From Chitinophagales bacterium (GTDB lineage Bacteria; Bacteroidota; Bacteroidia; Chitinophagales; Chitinophagaceae), in assembly GCA_025353485.1 (NCBI GenBank), contig JANXQO010000036.1, positions 9,346 through 73,345 of the forward strand: 64,000 nucleotides of DNA, in the 5' to 3' direction. A program made the position numbers and the translations under genes. Of this stretch, positions 21,501 through 31,300 are shown piece by piece (the stretch's first letter is position 1; the number at the start of each line of letters is the position of its first letter). A model generated the notes under the pieces. It did no database searches, had not been told where the DNA came from, and saw nothing but the letters and a program-made list of their open reading frames with translations.

Positions 21501-21638
21501 GCCAGGCGTAAAGGGATAGGGTTTAAAAATATTCAAAGCAGGGCAGAACTGTTAAATGGGAAAATGAATGTGATCTCTAAGCCCGGCGAAGGCTGTTTGC
21601 TGGCAGTAGATTTTCCGGTAAATAATGCGGATAATTAA
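18531..21638 (+). CDS. Multi-PAS sensor histidine kinase (HisKA_3 + HATPase_c) with polytopic N-terminal membrane domain
   Basis: About 270 aa of TM helices, then about four PAS/PAC repeats (repeated …FRFLHKNGG..W.EGT…HD(I/V)TERK). The H-box is ELHDNINQIL and the ATPase has N, DDGQGF and GIGFKNI boxes. Confidence 0.9.
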   Translation: MTRSAVKKIPLLEVSTIIIAMLSLAYLYMDINILPGLKSSLFMNAAAAMIFLAAASSRLFFIYSLTNKKLLQPAKVLAAGTVLMGVISWLAIIFKINSSGGLFLSDQINSGSALSPMPVASAFCFILLGTALYYITLHKGEKIFLPHLLSLIILIIALLTIIEFIVFENMAEANAYYKPMSVTGAINFCLLSCSILLVNKRKGFMGEIMSEYAGGKIARLFLPMAIVVPVIISFFRFKSEDTDPYSTALLIMGRIIILSFFIWRSAVIITRSNKALIAEIEERKKAEETLRYRKALLEAQNEAIPDAILIVDNKGKILSYNHHFEALWGLPQHIIEEENDTAALKFAMTQLVDPNEFIRRVNYIYAHPEEAAHDEILFKDGRIIERYGNVVMGDDGTRYGWAWYFRDITQNKNYENKIKNFNKDLEKRVEERTEELYKSEKRFRLLVENSLDIISLVDADGRIFYISPSIKRLTGFAEKELIGKLGFEMLHKDDLEDGKKLRAYLINHPGVSANNAFRFLHKNGGYIWIEGTVTNMLNDENVKAFVLNYHDITERKNWEQSIRKSEKRFRSLIENALDIISLSDEKGMWFYISPAIERLTGYSIQETINQPVYNIVHPDDIEQSKKMRAEYMKDPGVIKPMSFRFLHKNGGLVWMEGTLINLLHDENVKAVVGNFHDVTERKRSEEKIRVYNERFEMVSKATHDAVWDWNLETDKIYWNDEIKSMFNYSDKDIPTGVEWKVHIHPQDFKRVTRKLIYYIKQGIENWQDEYRFRCLDGSYKYVFNRGFILFNHDNKPYRIIGAMQDVTEINKLQQSLSDERIKRQKELTNATIEGQEKQRTEIGRELHDNINQILTATKLFLDVAATQPAIKDEMIKRSAENLSNCMEEIRKLSSSLVPPSMDNNTFDEIIKDLAEPIKLATAINITYKIDTACTNALTDTQQLNVYRIIQEHLNNILKHANAKKISINIQHKEDQIKLSIKDDGQGFDTTARRKGIGFKNIQSRAELLNGKMNVISKPGEGCLLAVDFPVNNADN

Positions 21639-21761
21639 GAAAGTGTATCGCTAAGCAATAAAGCAATTTATTGCTGTAGAACTGATTTGACATAATTACA
21701 AAAAATATTTACAAACTTTACGAACTGATTGACAGTTTTTTTTAATCACCATAATTATTAA

Positions 21762-22394
21762 ATGAAAAAATTTTTGCTTATAGATGATCATGCTATCGTT
21801 AGATCAGGTATGAAATTCTGGCTTTCCGCAGAATACAATCCTTCTGAAATTGATGAAGCTGAAAATGGGAAAGAGGCATTCCAAAAAATACAGGACACGG
21901 ATTATGATCTTCTCCTGCTGGATATACATATGCCTGAAACAAATAGTTTTGAGCTACTTAAATCTATTTTAAACACAAAGCCGGATTCCAAAGTGTTGAT
22001 CTTTTCAATGAACTCGGAAAGTATGTATGCCAAAAGATTTATAAAAGCAGGAGCCATGGGATTTGTGTCTAAAGATTGGCCTATAGAAGAACTTAAAAAA
22101 GCTGTTGATCTTATACTCAATAATAAAAAATATTTTAGTAATGCATTTATAGAATCTGCATTGGATGAAAAAATCGGCAAGGAAAATAATAATCCATTTT
22201 CTAATCTATCCGACAGGGAATTTGAAATAACTAATTTATTGCTGGAAGGAAAAGGTGTTGGTGAAATATCAATTTTATTAAATATAAAAAATTCCACAAC
22301 GGGTACCTATAAGGCAAGAATTTTTGAGAAGCTAAACGTACAAAATGTTTTGCAGTTGAATGAGCTTGCAGTTCTTTACGACATTAAAAAATAA
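21762..22394 (+). CDS. Response regulator, NarL/LuxR family
   Basis: REC domain (DDHAIVRSG…LLLLDIHMP) plus a C-terminal LuxR HTH (LSDREFEITNLLLEGKGVGEIS…). Confidence 0.9.
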   Translation: MKKFLLIDDHAIVRSGMKFWLSAEYNPSEIDEAENGKEAFQKIQDTDYDLLLLDIHMPETNSFELLKSILNTKPDSKVLIFSMNSESMYAKRFIKAGAMGFVSKDWPIEELKKAVDLILNNKKYFSNAFIESALDEKIGKENNNPFSNLSDREFEITNLLLEGKGVGEISILLNIKNSTTGTYKARIFEKLNVQNVLQLNELAVLYDIKK

Positions 22395-22445
22395 TAAGAA
22401 TATTTTATTTTTCACAAGTCTCCTTTTAAAAAGGTTTACAGGGTT

Positions 22446-22922
22446 TCATTCCCTGTTCTTTGTATCAATCCAAATGGTAACAGGTCCGTCATTAATTAGA
22501 TGCACTTTCATAGCAGCGCCAAACTCGCCGGTATGTATTATTTTACCAAGGTCATTTGCTAATTGAACAATAAATTTTTCATACAGCGGTATTGCAACTT
22601 CGGCTTTACTTGCTTTTATATAAGAAGGCCGTTTTCCTTTTTTGGTGGAGGCATGCAATGTAAATTGGCTTACTGCTAAAATATCGCCATCAATATCTTT
22701 TACAGAAATGTTGGGCTGCCGATAGCTATCGGCATTATTTTCATCATCAAAAATGCGCAGGTTAACGATCTTGTTACTAAGCCATTTAATGTCATCAATC
22801 GTATCAGCATCTTCAATACCAACAAACACCAGTAATCCTTTTTTAATTTCATCCCGATAGCTATCGGGATTATTATCTATTAAAACACCCGCCTGAAAAA
22901 CTCTTTGTATAACAGCTCTCAT
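22446..22922 (-). CDS. dtd: D-aminoacyl-tRNA deacylase
   Basis: MRAVIQRV…, SQFTL and NDGPVT motifs. At 158 aa it is slightly long because of two in-frame palindrome-encoded segments. Confidence 0.9.
   Translation of the reverse strand: MRAVIQRVFQAGVLIDNNPDSYRDEIKKGLLVFVGIEDADTIDDIKWLSNKIVNLRIFDDENNADSYRQPNISVKDIDGDILAVSQFTLHASTKKGKRPSYIKASKAEVAIPLYEKFIVQLANDLGKIIHTGEFGAAMKVHLINDGPVTIWIDTKNRE
22718..22733. repeat. Family A palindrome variant GCCGATAGCTATCGGC, inside dtd
   Basis: Perfect 16-nt palindrome that is in frame and encodes ADSYRQ. Confidence 0.8.
22851..22870. repeat. Family A palindrome ATCCCGATAGCTATCGGGAT, inside dtd
   Basis: Perfect 20-nt palindrome that is in frame and encodes PDSYRD. 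Confidence 0.85.
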
Positions 22923-23179
22923 AATTATTTTTTTCTAAATAGTGATGCTGATAATTCAGCCAATACATTACTACCTTAAATTCCTTATGGCAGCAAATTT
23001 ATTTTATCCCAAAATGTGCAAAAATCAAAAAACTCAATACCCGTATGGCTTAAAATTTTTTGCACATCTCTTTTCCACAGGTGTTAATATTTAAGAGTTT
23101 GTTTGTTGGGATAGAAAAAATATTTTCGTTCTCCACGTTTGCCGAAATTAAGTATTAACCCTAAATAATTTTTAATCTT

Positions 23180-26100
23180 ATGTCCACTAAAAAGCAGTCT
23201 GAAAAAGGACTCCGGTTCCCCCGTCACTTTACCAAAGAAGGAATTGCCCCATATGATATGTTTGAATACGATTATCGAACATCAATAATTAAAAACATTA
23301 CAGGTGAAGTTGTTTTTCAAATGGATAATGTAGAAGTACCAAAACAATGGAGCCAGATTGCTACAGATATTTTAGCACAAAAATATTTCCGCAAAGCCGG
23401 AGTACCGCAGGCAGATGGTTCAACAGGAAGAGAAACAACTATTAAACAGGTAGCACACCGTATGGCTCATTGCTGGCGTGTTTGGGGCGAACGGTATAAT
23501 TATTTTGCATCACCGCAAGATGCACAAATCTTTTACGAAGAGTTAGTGTATGGTATCTTAAACCAATCATGCGTTCCCAACTCTCCACAATGGTTTAACA
23601 CCGGCTTACATGAAGTGTATGGCATAAAAGGAAAACCACAAGGCCATTATTATGTTGATGAAGCTGACGGGCAATTAAAAAAATCTACATCCGCTTATGA
23701 ACGTCCGCAACCACATGCTTGTTTTATTTTAAGTGTTGAAGATGATCTGGTAAACGAAGGTGGAATTATGGATCTGTGGGTTAGGGAAGCAAGAATATTT
23801 AAATACGGGAGTGGTGTAGGAACTAACTTTTCCAGCATACGTGGTGAAGGTGAAAAATTAAGCGGTGGTGGTACATCAAGTGGCTTAATGAGTTTTTTAA
23901 AAATTGGTGACAGGGCAGCAGGTGCAATAAAAAGCGGTGGTACAACAAGGCGTGCTGCTAAAATGGTTTGTCTTGATCTTGATCATCCTGAAATTGAAAC
24001 TTTTGTAAACTGGAAAGTAGAGGAAGAAAGGAAAGTAGCTGCACTAATTGCTGCAGGTTATCCCAGCGATTATGAAGGAGAAGCATACAAAACAGTAAGC
24101 GGGCAAAACAGTAATAATTCTGTAAGAATTCCGAATGAATTTTTTCATGCTCTGGAAGCAGATGGTGATTGGGAATTGAAAGCAAGGAGCGATGGAAGAA
24201 CAATGAAGAAAATAAAAGCAAATTCGTTGTGGGATAAAATTACCAATGCTGCCTGGAATTGTGCAGACCCCGGAACACAATATAATACTACCATTAATGA
24301 ATGGCATACCTGCCCCGAAGGCGGACAAATAAGAGCAAGCAATCCATGCAGCGAATATATGTTCTTAGACAATACAGCATGTAATCTTGCTTCTGTTAAT
24401 CTTCGTAAATTTTTTAATGAAGATGATAATAGTTTTGATGTTGCAGGGTTTGAATATACCGTAAGATTATGGACAACTGTGTTAGAAATTTCTGTGCTGA
24501 TGGCGCAGTTTCCAAGCAAAGAAGTTGCTCAACTTTCTTATGATTACAGAACGCTGGGTTTAGGCTATGCAAACTTAGGAAGCATGCTGATGGTTAGCGG
24601 CATTGCCTACGATAGTGAAGATGCCCGTGGAATTGCAGGAGCAATAACAGCGATAATGACAGGAATAGCTTACAAAACATCGGCCGAGCTTGCGGAGCAT
24701 TTAGGAACATTTAGCAGGTATGAAGAAAATAAAAATCACATGCTTCGTGTAATGCGCAATCACCGTGCTGCTGCTTACGATGCGATGGATGCGTATGATG
24801 GAATTGAGATAAAACCCCATGGCATCAATGCAAAATATTGCCCTGATTATTTATTGAAAGCTGCAACCAAAGCATGGGATGATGCAGTGATGATGGGCGA
24901 AAAATTTGGTTACCGCAATGCGCAAACAACAGTGATTGCACCAACAGGAACAATCGGGTTAGTTATGGATTGCGATACTACCGGAGTAGAGCCTGATTTT
25001 GCTTTGGTTAAATTTAAAAAATTAAGTGGCGGCGGTTATTTTAAAATCATTAATCAAAGCGTGCCGCAGGCATTGCGCAATTTTAAATACAGTGAAAAGC
25101 AAATTGACCGGATTGTAAATTATGCAAAAGGTTATGCAACATTTAAAAGTTCTCCTCATATTAATGATAAAACTTTAACTGCGAAAGGATTTCTATCTGA
25201 AGAAATAAAAAAATTGGAAGATAGTCTTGCATCTGCATTCGATATTGCTTTTGTATTTAATGTTTTTAATTTGGGTGAAGAATGTTTACAGCGCTTAGGA
25301 TTTACAAAAGAACAATACAACAATTTTGAATGGAATTTTTTAGAAGCATTAGGATTTAGTGAAGAACAGATTGAAGAAGCCAACGAATATATCTGCGGAA
25401 CAATGACTGTAGAAGGTGCACCCTATTTAAAAGAAGAGCATCTATCTGTTTTTGATTGCGCCAATAAATGTGGGCAAAAAGGTGAAAGATATATTCATTT
25501 TACAGGCCATATCCGTATGATGGCTGCTGCACAGCCTTTCATCAGCGGTGCAATTTCAAAAACCATTAACCTTCCCAATGAAGCAACGATAGAAGAAATT
25601 GCGGAAGCCTACAAACTAAGCTGGCAATTAGGTTTAAAAGCCTGTGCGCTGTATCGTGATGGTTCTAAATTATCACAGCCATTGAGCAATAAAAGTGATA
25701 AAAAGAAAAAGACAATTGACAATGAGCAATTGGCAATGGAAAAGAATGAGCCAAGAATAGTTGACATGAGTACGCTTACTGTTGAAGATCTTTTGGAAGA
25801 AGTAAATAAAAGAGTGCAAAGCAGTGCAGACACTTCTTTGAAACGCCAACTGGCAATGATTGTAGAGCGCAGAGCATTGCCTGCAAAGCGAAGAGGCTTT
25901 ACACAAAAAGCAAAAATTAACGGGCAGGCATTGTTTTTAAGAACAGGTGAATACAATGACGGAACATTAGGAGAAATTTTTATTGATATGGCTAAAGAAG
26001 GCGCTACCATGCGTAGCATGCTTAACTGTTTTGCAATCTCTATTTCAATCGGTTTGCAATATGGTGTTCCGCTGGAAGAATTTGTTGAAAAATTTGTGTT

Positions 26101-26560
26101 CACAAGGTTTGAGCCTTCCGGTATGGTTGATCATCCAAATATTAAAACAACCACTTCCATCATTGACTTTATGTTCCGCTCATTAGCGTATGAATATTTA
26201 GGAAGAAATGATTTGGTACATGTGCTGGACAAGCCCGAAGTGCTTAATACAGGTAATGAAGAATGGGATGAAGCAACACCAACCATTGGTGAAAGAGTAC
26301 ATGAATTAAGTGAGGTAAGAGTAGTAGGAACTTCGCCTAATGGCAACGGAATCAAACAGGCAAGTGTACAACCACCACAGATAAGAGCACACAGAATGGA
26401 ATCAATAAAGAAAGTGCACAACGAAATGGATGCAGTTAATGCTGCTGCCAAAAGTATGCAAAGTGATGCTCCTGCCTGCAATACCTGTGGTCATATAACC
26501 ATACGCAGCGGCACATGTTATAAATGTTTGAATTGCGGCAATAGCATGGGTTGCAGTTAA
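23180..26560 (+). CDS. nrdJ: Adenosylcobalamin-dependent ribonucleotide reductase (class II)
   Basis: 1126 aa with the …NPCSEYMFLDNTACNLAS… active-site region and …TVIAPTGTIG…. The C-terminal Cys-rich tail is CNTCGHITIRSGTCYKCLNCGNSMGCS. Confidence 0.9.
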   Translation: MSTKKQSEKGLRFPRHFTKEGIAPYDMFEYDYRTSIIKNITGEVVFQMDNVEVPKQWSQIATDILAQKYFRKAGVPQADGSTGRETTIKQVAHRMAHCWRVWGERYNYFASPQDAQIFYEELVYGILNQSCVPNSPQWFNTGLHEVYGIKGKPQGHYYVDEADGQLKKSTSAYERPQPHACFILSVEDDLVNEGGIMDLWVREARIFKYGSGVGTNFSSIRGEGEKLSGGGTSSGLMSFLKIGDRAAGAIKSGGTTRRAAKMVCLDLDHPEIETFVNWKVEEERKVAALIAAGYPSDYEGEAYKTVSGQNSNNSVRIPNEFFHALEADGDWELKARSDGRTMKKIKANSLWDKITNAAWNCADPGTQYNTTINEWHTCPEGGQIRASNPCSEYMFLDNTACNLASVNLRKFFNEDDNSFDVAGFEYTVRLWTTVLEISVLMAQFPSKEVAQLSYDYRTLGLGYANLGSMLMVSGIAYDSEDARGIAGAITAIMTGIAYKTSAELAEHLGTFSRYEENKNHMLRVMRNHRAAAYDAMDAYDGIEIKPHGINAKYCPDYLLKAATKAWDDAVMMGEKFGYRNAQTTVIAPTGTIGLVMDCDTTGVEPDFALVKFKKLSGGGYFKIINQSVPQALRNFKYSEKQIDRIVNYAKGYATFKSSPHINDKTLTAKGFLSEEIKKLEDSLASAFDIAFVFNVFNLGEECLQRLGFTKEQYNNFEWNFLEALGFSEEQIEEANEYICGTMTVEGAPYLKEEHLSVFDCANKCGQKGERYIHFTGHIRMMAAAQPFISGAISKTINLPNEATIEEIAEAYKLSWQLGLKACALYRDGSKLSQPLSNKSDKKKKTIDNEQLAMEKNEPRIVDMSTLTVEDLLEEVNKRVQSSADTSLKRQLAMIVERRALPAKRRGFTQKAKINGQALFLRTGEYNDGTLGEIFIDMAKEGATMRSMLNCFAISISIGLQYGVPLEEFVEKFVFTRFEPSGMVDHPNIKTTTSIIDFMFRSLAYEYLGRNDLVHVLDKPEVLNTGNEEWDEATPTIGERVHELSEVRVVGTSPNGNGIKQASVQPPQIRAHRMESIKKVHNEMDAVNAAAKSMQSDAPACNTCGHITIRSGTCYKCLNCGNSMGCS

Positions 26561-26566
26561 CCCTCT

Positions 26567-26585
26567 ATCCCGATACCCATCGGGA
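26567..26585. repeat. Family A palindrome variant (CCCGATACCCATCGGG)
   Basis: Same arms as family A with a different centre. It starts 7 nt after the nrdJ stop. Confidence 0.6.
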
Positions 26586-26639
26586 CTTTAAAGGGAGACT
26601 TGTAAACAGTTGAGAAGTTTTGGTTTCAATAAGGAAGAG

Positions 26640-26665
26640 AGCCATCGTAAAAGATGGCTTTTCTT
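26640..26665 (+). terminator. Rho-independent terminator after nrdJ
   Basis: Stem AGCCATC / GATGGCT with loop GTAAAA, followed by TTTTCTT. Confidence 0.6.
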
Positions 26666-26766
26666 ATGCAACTATTTTACTTCATTAAATAATTATTATA
26701 AGCAGTAGTATTCTTACTTAAATTATTTTAGTTTTATAGCAGTATAAATTCTTTAATAAAAATTCT

Positions 26767-27459
26767 ATGAAAAAAGTTTTATCCATTTTATTTTTTTCCT
26801 TCTTACTTTTTTTAACTCATGCACAAACCAACCTTCCTAAAGATGCAAAAGTTGAAGGCTCAGTTGTTGACATGCGAAGTAAGCAACCGCAGAATAATGA
26901 ACTGATCGTTTTTAAAAGCCGGAAGAACGGAAACGAATACCAGGCGGTAAGTGACTCATTGGGAAAATTTACTACACGCTTACCTGCAGGAGATAAGTAC
27001 GAGATATTTATAATGGGATTTAAAGATTCAACAAGTTATAATTTAATAGAAATACCTCCGCCCCGGCCTAACGGATTTTATAATAATGCATTTTCTGTAA
27101 ATATAGAATTCGATCCTCCAAAAACATTCATCCTTGATAACGTAGAGTTTGATTTTGGTAAAGCAACACTTCGCCCTGCATCTTATAAAACTTTGGATGA
27201 ATTGGCAGAGTATCTTCAGCGTAAGTCGGATGACAAAATAGAGATTGGCGGACATACGGATAATGTAGGCAGTGAGGCAAAAAATAAAATACTTTCTTTG
27301 GAAAGAGCAAAATCAATTGTAGCATATCTGGTGTCTAAAGGAATTGATGCTGCAAGATTAACTGCTAAAGGTTATGGTTCCATGGAGCCAATAGAAGAAA
27401 ATAATACCGAAGCAGGAAGACAAAAAAACAGGCGATCAGAAGTGAAAATATTGGAATGA
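26767..27459 (+). CDS. OmpA-family protein (N-terminal CarboxypepD_reg-like region + OmpA C-terminal domain)
   Basis: Signal peptide, then the C-terminal motif …GHTDNVGSEAKNKILSLERAKSIVAYLVSKGI…GYGSMEPI…NRRSEVKI. Confidence 0.85.
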   Translation: MKKVLSILFFSFLLFLTHAQTNLPKDAKVEGSVVDMRSKQPQNNELIVFKSRKNGNEYQAVSDSLGKFTTRLPAGDKYEIFIMGFKDSTSYNLIEIPPPRPNGFYNNAFSVNIEFDPPKTFILDNVEFDFGKATLRPASYKTLDELAEYLQRKSDDKIEIGGHTDNVGSEAKNKILSLERAKSIVAYLVSKGIDAARLTAKGYGSMEPIEENNTEAGRQKNRRSEVKILE

Positions 27460-27614
27460 AGTGCCCATCATTATAAAAATAATTTCTTTCTTTAACAGCA
27501 AAATAAATCTTTCGGTTAAAACGGTAAGATAAGTCCACAAGCGGGATAAATCAGTTGTTAATTTTGCCTTCATTGTATAAGAAAGAATTAATTTAGCCCC
27601 TAAAATATATTATT

Positions 27615-28316
27615 ATGAAAAAATACTTTTTATTGATATTTGCCATCGCCACGTTTGGCTTTACGCATGCTCAAACGGCGGATGAAATTGTAAATAAACA
27701 TGTTACAGCTATAGGCGGTTTAGATGCATGGAAAAAAGTGAATTCGATGGTAACCACAGGCACTATAAAAATGCAAAGTGCAGAAATAGGCGTCAGCCAA
27801 ACGATACTTAACGGCAAAGGTTCCCGCCAGGATATTACTGCAATGGGAATGAGCGGTTACCAGATTGTAACTCCTGTTTCGGGTTGGAACTTTATGCCTT
27901 TCCAGGGACAAAAAGCTCCGGAGCCAATAACTGCTGATGAATTAAAAGAAGCCCAGGATGATTTAGATGTACAGGGTAGCCTTATAGATTACAAAGCCAA
28001 GGGCCATACAGTTGAATATCTTGGTACTGATGATGTAGAAGGTGTAGATGCGTATAAATTAAAATTGACTTTGAAGAATGGTAAAGTTCAAACTATATTC
28101 ATTGATCCTAAAAACTATTATATTATCAGAGTAATTACAAAGCAAAAAGCTAATGGTAAAGAAATGGAGGTAACAACCAATATAAGTAATTATCAAAAAT
28201 TACCGGAAGGTATCATGGTTCCCTGGTCAATTGGTTTACCCTTTGGCGAAATGATTATTAGCAAAGTGGAAATTAATAAACCGGTAGATGAGAATATTTT
28301 TAAACCCGCCAAATAA
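27615..28316 (+). CDS. Secreted hypothetical protein (possibly LolA-like / outer-membrane lipoprotein-sorting fold)
   Basis: Signal peptide ending …THAQ, 233 aa, beta-rich. The family assignment comes from overall resemblance only. Confidence 0.6.
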   Translation: MKKYFLLIFAIATFGFTHAQTADEIVNKHVTAIGGLDAWKKVNSMVTTGTIKMQSAEIGVSQTILNGKGSRQDITAMGMSGYQIVTPVSGWNFMPFQGQKAPEPITADELKEAQDDLDVQGSLIDYKAKGHTVEYLGTDDVEGVDAYKLKLTLKNGKVQTIFIDPKNYYIIRVITKQKANGKEMEVTTNISNYQKLPEGIMVPWSIGLPFGEMIISKVEINKPVDENIFKPAK

Positions 28317-28331
28317 AATTGATTGAATAGT

Positions 28332-28358
28332 AACCCGGTTAGGCCGGGTTATTTTTTT
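28332..28358 (+). terminator. Rho-independent terminator
   Basis: AACCCGG-TTAGG-CCGGGTT followed by ATTTTTTT. Confidence 0.85.
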
Positions 28359-28379
28359 ATAATCCTTCAAAACTAATTG

Positions 28380-31300
28380 ATGAACAAAATAATATTTTTT
28401 GCGGCTATAGTTTTATTTGCAAACAACAGTATTGCACAGGTTTCTTCAGCAACATTTGGTACAATGGAAGCCCGCCAGTTAGGACCGGGAACAATGAGCG
28501 GCCGCATAACTGCCATTGATGGCAGCGCCAGCGATGGCAAAACAATTTATGTTGGTACAGCCGGCGGCGGAATTTGGAAATCAACAAATGCTGGCACTAC
28601 CTTCAAGCCCATCTTTGATAAATACTGCCAGTCAATAGGCGCTGTTGCTATCAATCAAAGCAATCCTAATATCGTTTTTGCAGGCACCGGCGAAAGTAAT
28701 ATGAGAAATTCAGTTTCAATTGGCAATGGTTTATATCGTTCAACTGATGCAGGAGACAACTGGACAAAAATAGGTTTAGATAGCACAGAGCATATTGCAA
28801 AAATTATTATTGATCCTAAAAATCCGGATAATATTTATGTAGCAGCTCCCGGACCTTTATGGAGCGATAGCAAACACCGGGGCTTATATAAATCAACCGA
28901 TGGTGGTAAAACATGGGATAAAATTTTATACATAAATGAAAAAGCCGGTTGTGCAGATGTTGCCATAGACCCTCAAAACCCCAACATAATTTTTGCTTCT
29001 ACATGGGAGTTTCGCAGATTGCCATATGCATTTAATTCAGGCGGTACAGGAAGCGGTTTTTATAAAAGTATTGATGGTGGTAAAACATGGAAAGAGTTAA
29101 CCAATGGCCTTCCGCCAAAACCATTTGGACGGATAGCATTTGCACTGGCTCCAAGTTCTCCTCAAAATATGCTGGCAATTGTTGAAAATGCTGCAACCGG
29201 TTTATACATTTCTTCTGATGGTGGAGAAAGCTGGAAAAAACAAAGCGCTACCTCAAATGTTGAAGCCCGTCCATTTTATTTTAGCGTAATACAGGTAGAT
29301 CCAAAAGATCCCAAGAGGGTCTATCGTCCCGCCTATGTATTTTCTTATTCAACAGACGGTGGTTATTCATTTGCAGATGCATCTGATGAAGGCGGTTGGC
29401 TTCACAGTGACATGCATGCGCTTTGGATAAATCCAAATAATACAAATCAATTATACCTCGGTACTGATGGCGGTGTATACTTTAGTTTAGATAAAGGAGC
29501 TACCTGGAGGTTCATACAAAATTTACCGGTTGGTCAGTTTTATCATGTGTCTATTGATAATGAAACGCCTTACAATGTAATGGGCGGATTACAGGATAAC
29601 GGAAGCTGGATTGCGCCATCTTCTGCACCGGGAGGAATTAGCAACAGTAATTGGAAATCTTTATATGGTGGTGATGGATTTTGGGTACAGCCTGATCCCA
29701 TTAATCCTAATATAGTATATGCTGAAGCACAGGGAGCAACTGCTGCACGCATTGATAAACAAACTACAAAATCAGTAAACATAAAGCCACAACAAAGTGC
29801 AGGTGAAGATAAATTAAGGTGGAACTGGAATTCGCCGATAATTATTGGTGCAGCCAACAAAAAAAATCTATACATAGCCTCTCAATATTTATACAGATCA
29901 ACTGACGGGGGCAGAAACTGGACTCGTATTTCACCTGACCTTACTACCAATGATCCAAAAAAACAAAAGCAGGAAAACAGCGGTGGCTTAAGCGCTGATA
30001 ATACATCTGCAGAAAATCATTGCACCATTTTTACCCTTGCTGAATCGCCATTGGATGAAAATATTATTTGGGCCGGAACGGATGATGGCAATTTGCAGTT
30101 TACAACAAATGGTGGAAAGAGCTGGACCAATATTTCAAAAAATTATAGTGCAGCCGGTATTCCTGCGCAAACATGGGTTAGCAGTATAGAACTATCAGGC
30201 TTTGATAAAAATACTTTGTTCGTAACTTTTGATAATCATATGTATGGCGATCATAAAACGTATGTTGCCAAATCAACAGATATGGGCAAAACATGGGGCA
30301 TGTTTTCATCAAAAGAGTTTACAGGGTTTGCACATAAAATAAAAGAAGATATTGTAAATAAAGATCTGCTTTTCCTGGGCACTGAAATGGGATTGTTTAC
30401 AACAGTTGATGGTGGAGCAAACTGGTTCCGCATGAAAAATAATATTCCGGAATATGCGCTGGTACGTGATATTAAAATTGATGTAAAAACAAATGATCTT
30501 ATACTTGCAACGCATGGCAGGGGAATAATGATTGTTGATGATATTTCACCAATAAGAAATCTTACAAAAGATATTATAGATAAAGATGTTTATGTTTTTA
30601 ATAACAAGCCGATCAATTTAACCAATGGTATGTTTGGTGGGGGTGGCTTCCCGGGAACGGGCGGATGGGTAGCCAATAATCGTCCCTCAATACCTCCTGT
30701 TCAATATTATTTAAAAGACAGGGTATCCTCCGGCGAAGTAACAGTTGAAATTTATGATGCCAACAATAAACTTGTACAATCAATACCGGGTAGTAAAAGA
30801 AAAGGTATAAATAAAGTATATTGGAACTTACGTATGAAGCCTCCTAAAGTTGCAACCGGCGGAACAAAAATGGATAACAGCGGTTTTTTTGCTCCTATGG
30901 TTTTACCCGGAGATTATACAATGAAATTAAAAGTGGGAGACAAGGAATATTCATCACCACTTAAATTGGTACATGATGCTTCGCAAAAAGATTTTACTTT
31001 GGAAGATAGAAAATTGCAATATAAAACCGCAATGGACATTTATGCACTTCATGAGCAGCTTGCCAAAGTAGTAGATGATATTAATGGCAAACAAAAAATG
31101 CTTAAGAGAGGGATAGACAGTGCAAATGATAAAAAAGCAAAAGCTTTATTTCAGGAATATAATGACAAACTTGAAAGCTTACGGGGAGAGCTGTTAGGTA
31201 CAAAACAAAAATCAATTTTTGCAGATGAAGAACGTTTACGGGAACGGATAAGCGAAGTTTATGCAGCGGTAGTTCTGCAGGAAGCTGCTCCATCCAATTT

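Noticed and set aside
18531-22394. PAS-rich kinase and LuxR-type regulator as an unusual signalling system
   Set aside because: This is a standard HisKA_3/NarL-type two-component pair. Multi-PAS kinases with polytopic sensor domains are common in Bacteroidota, and there are no extra domains or atypical partners.
23180-26560. Possible intein or gene fusion explaining the 1126-aa length of NrdJ
   Set aside because: I saw no intein splice-junction or homing-endonuclease block motifs. Long class II RNRs with the extra helical insert and a C-terminal Cys-rich tail are a known form.
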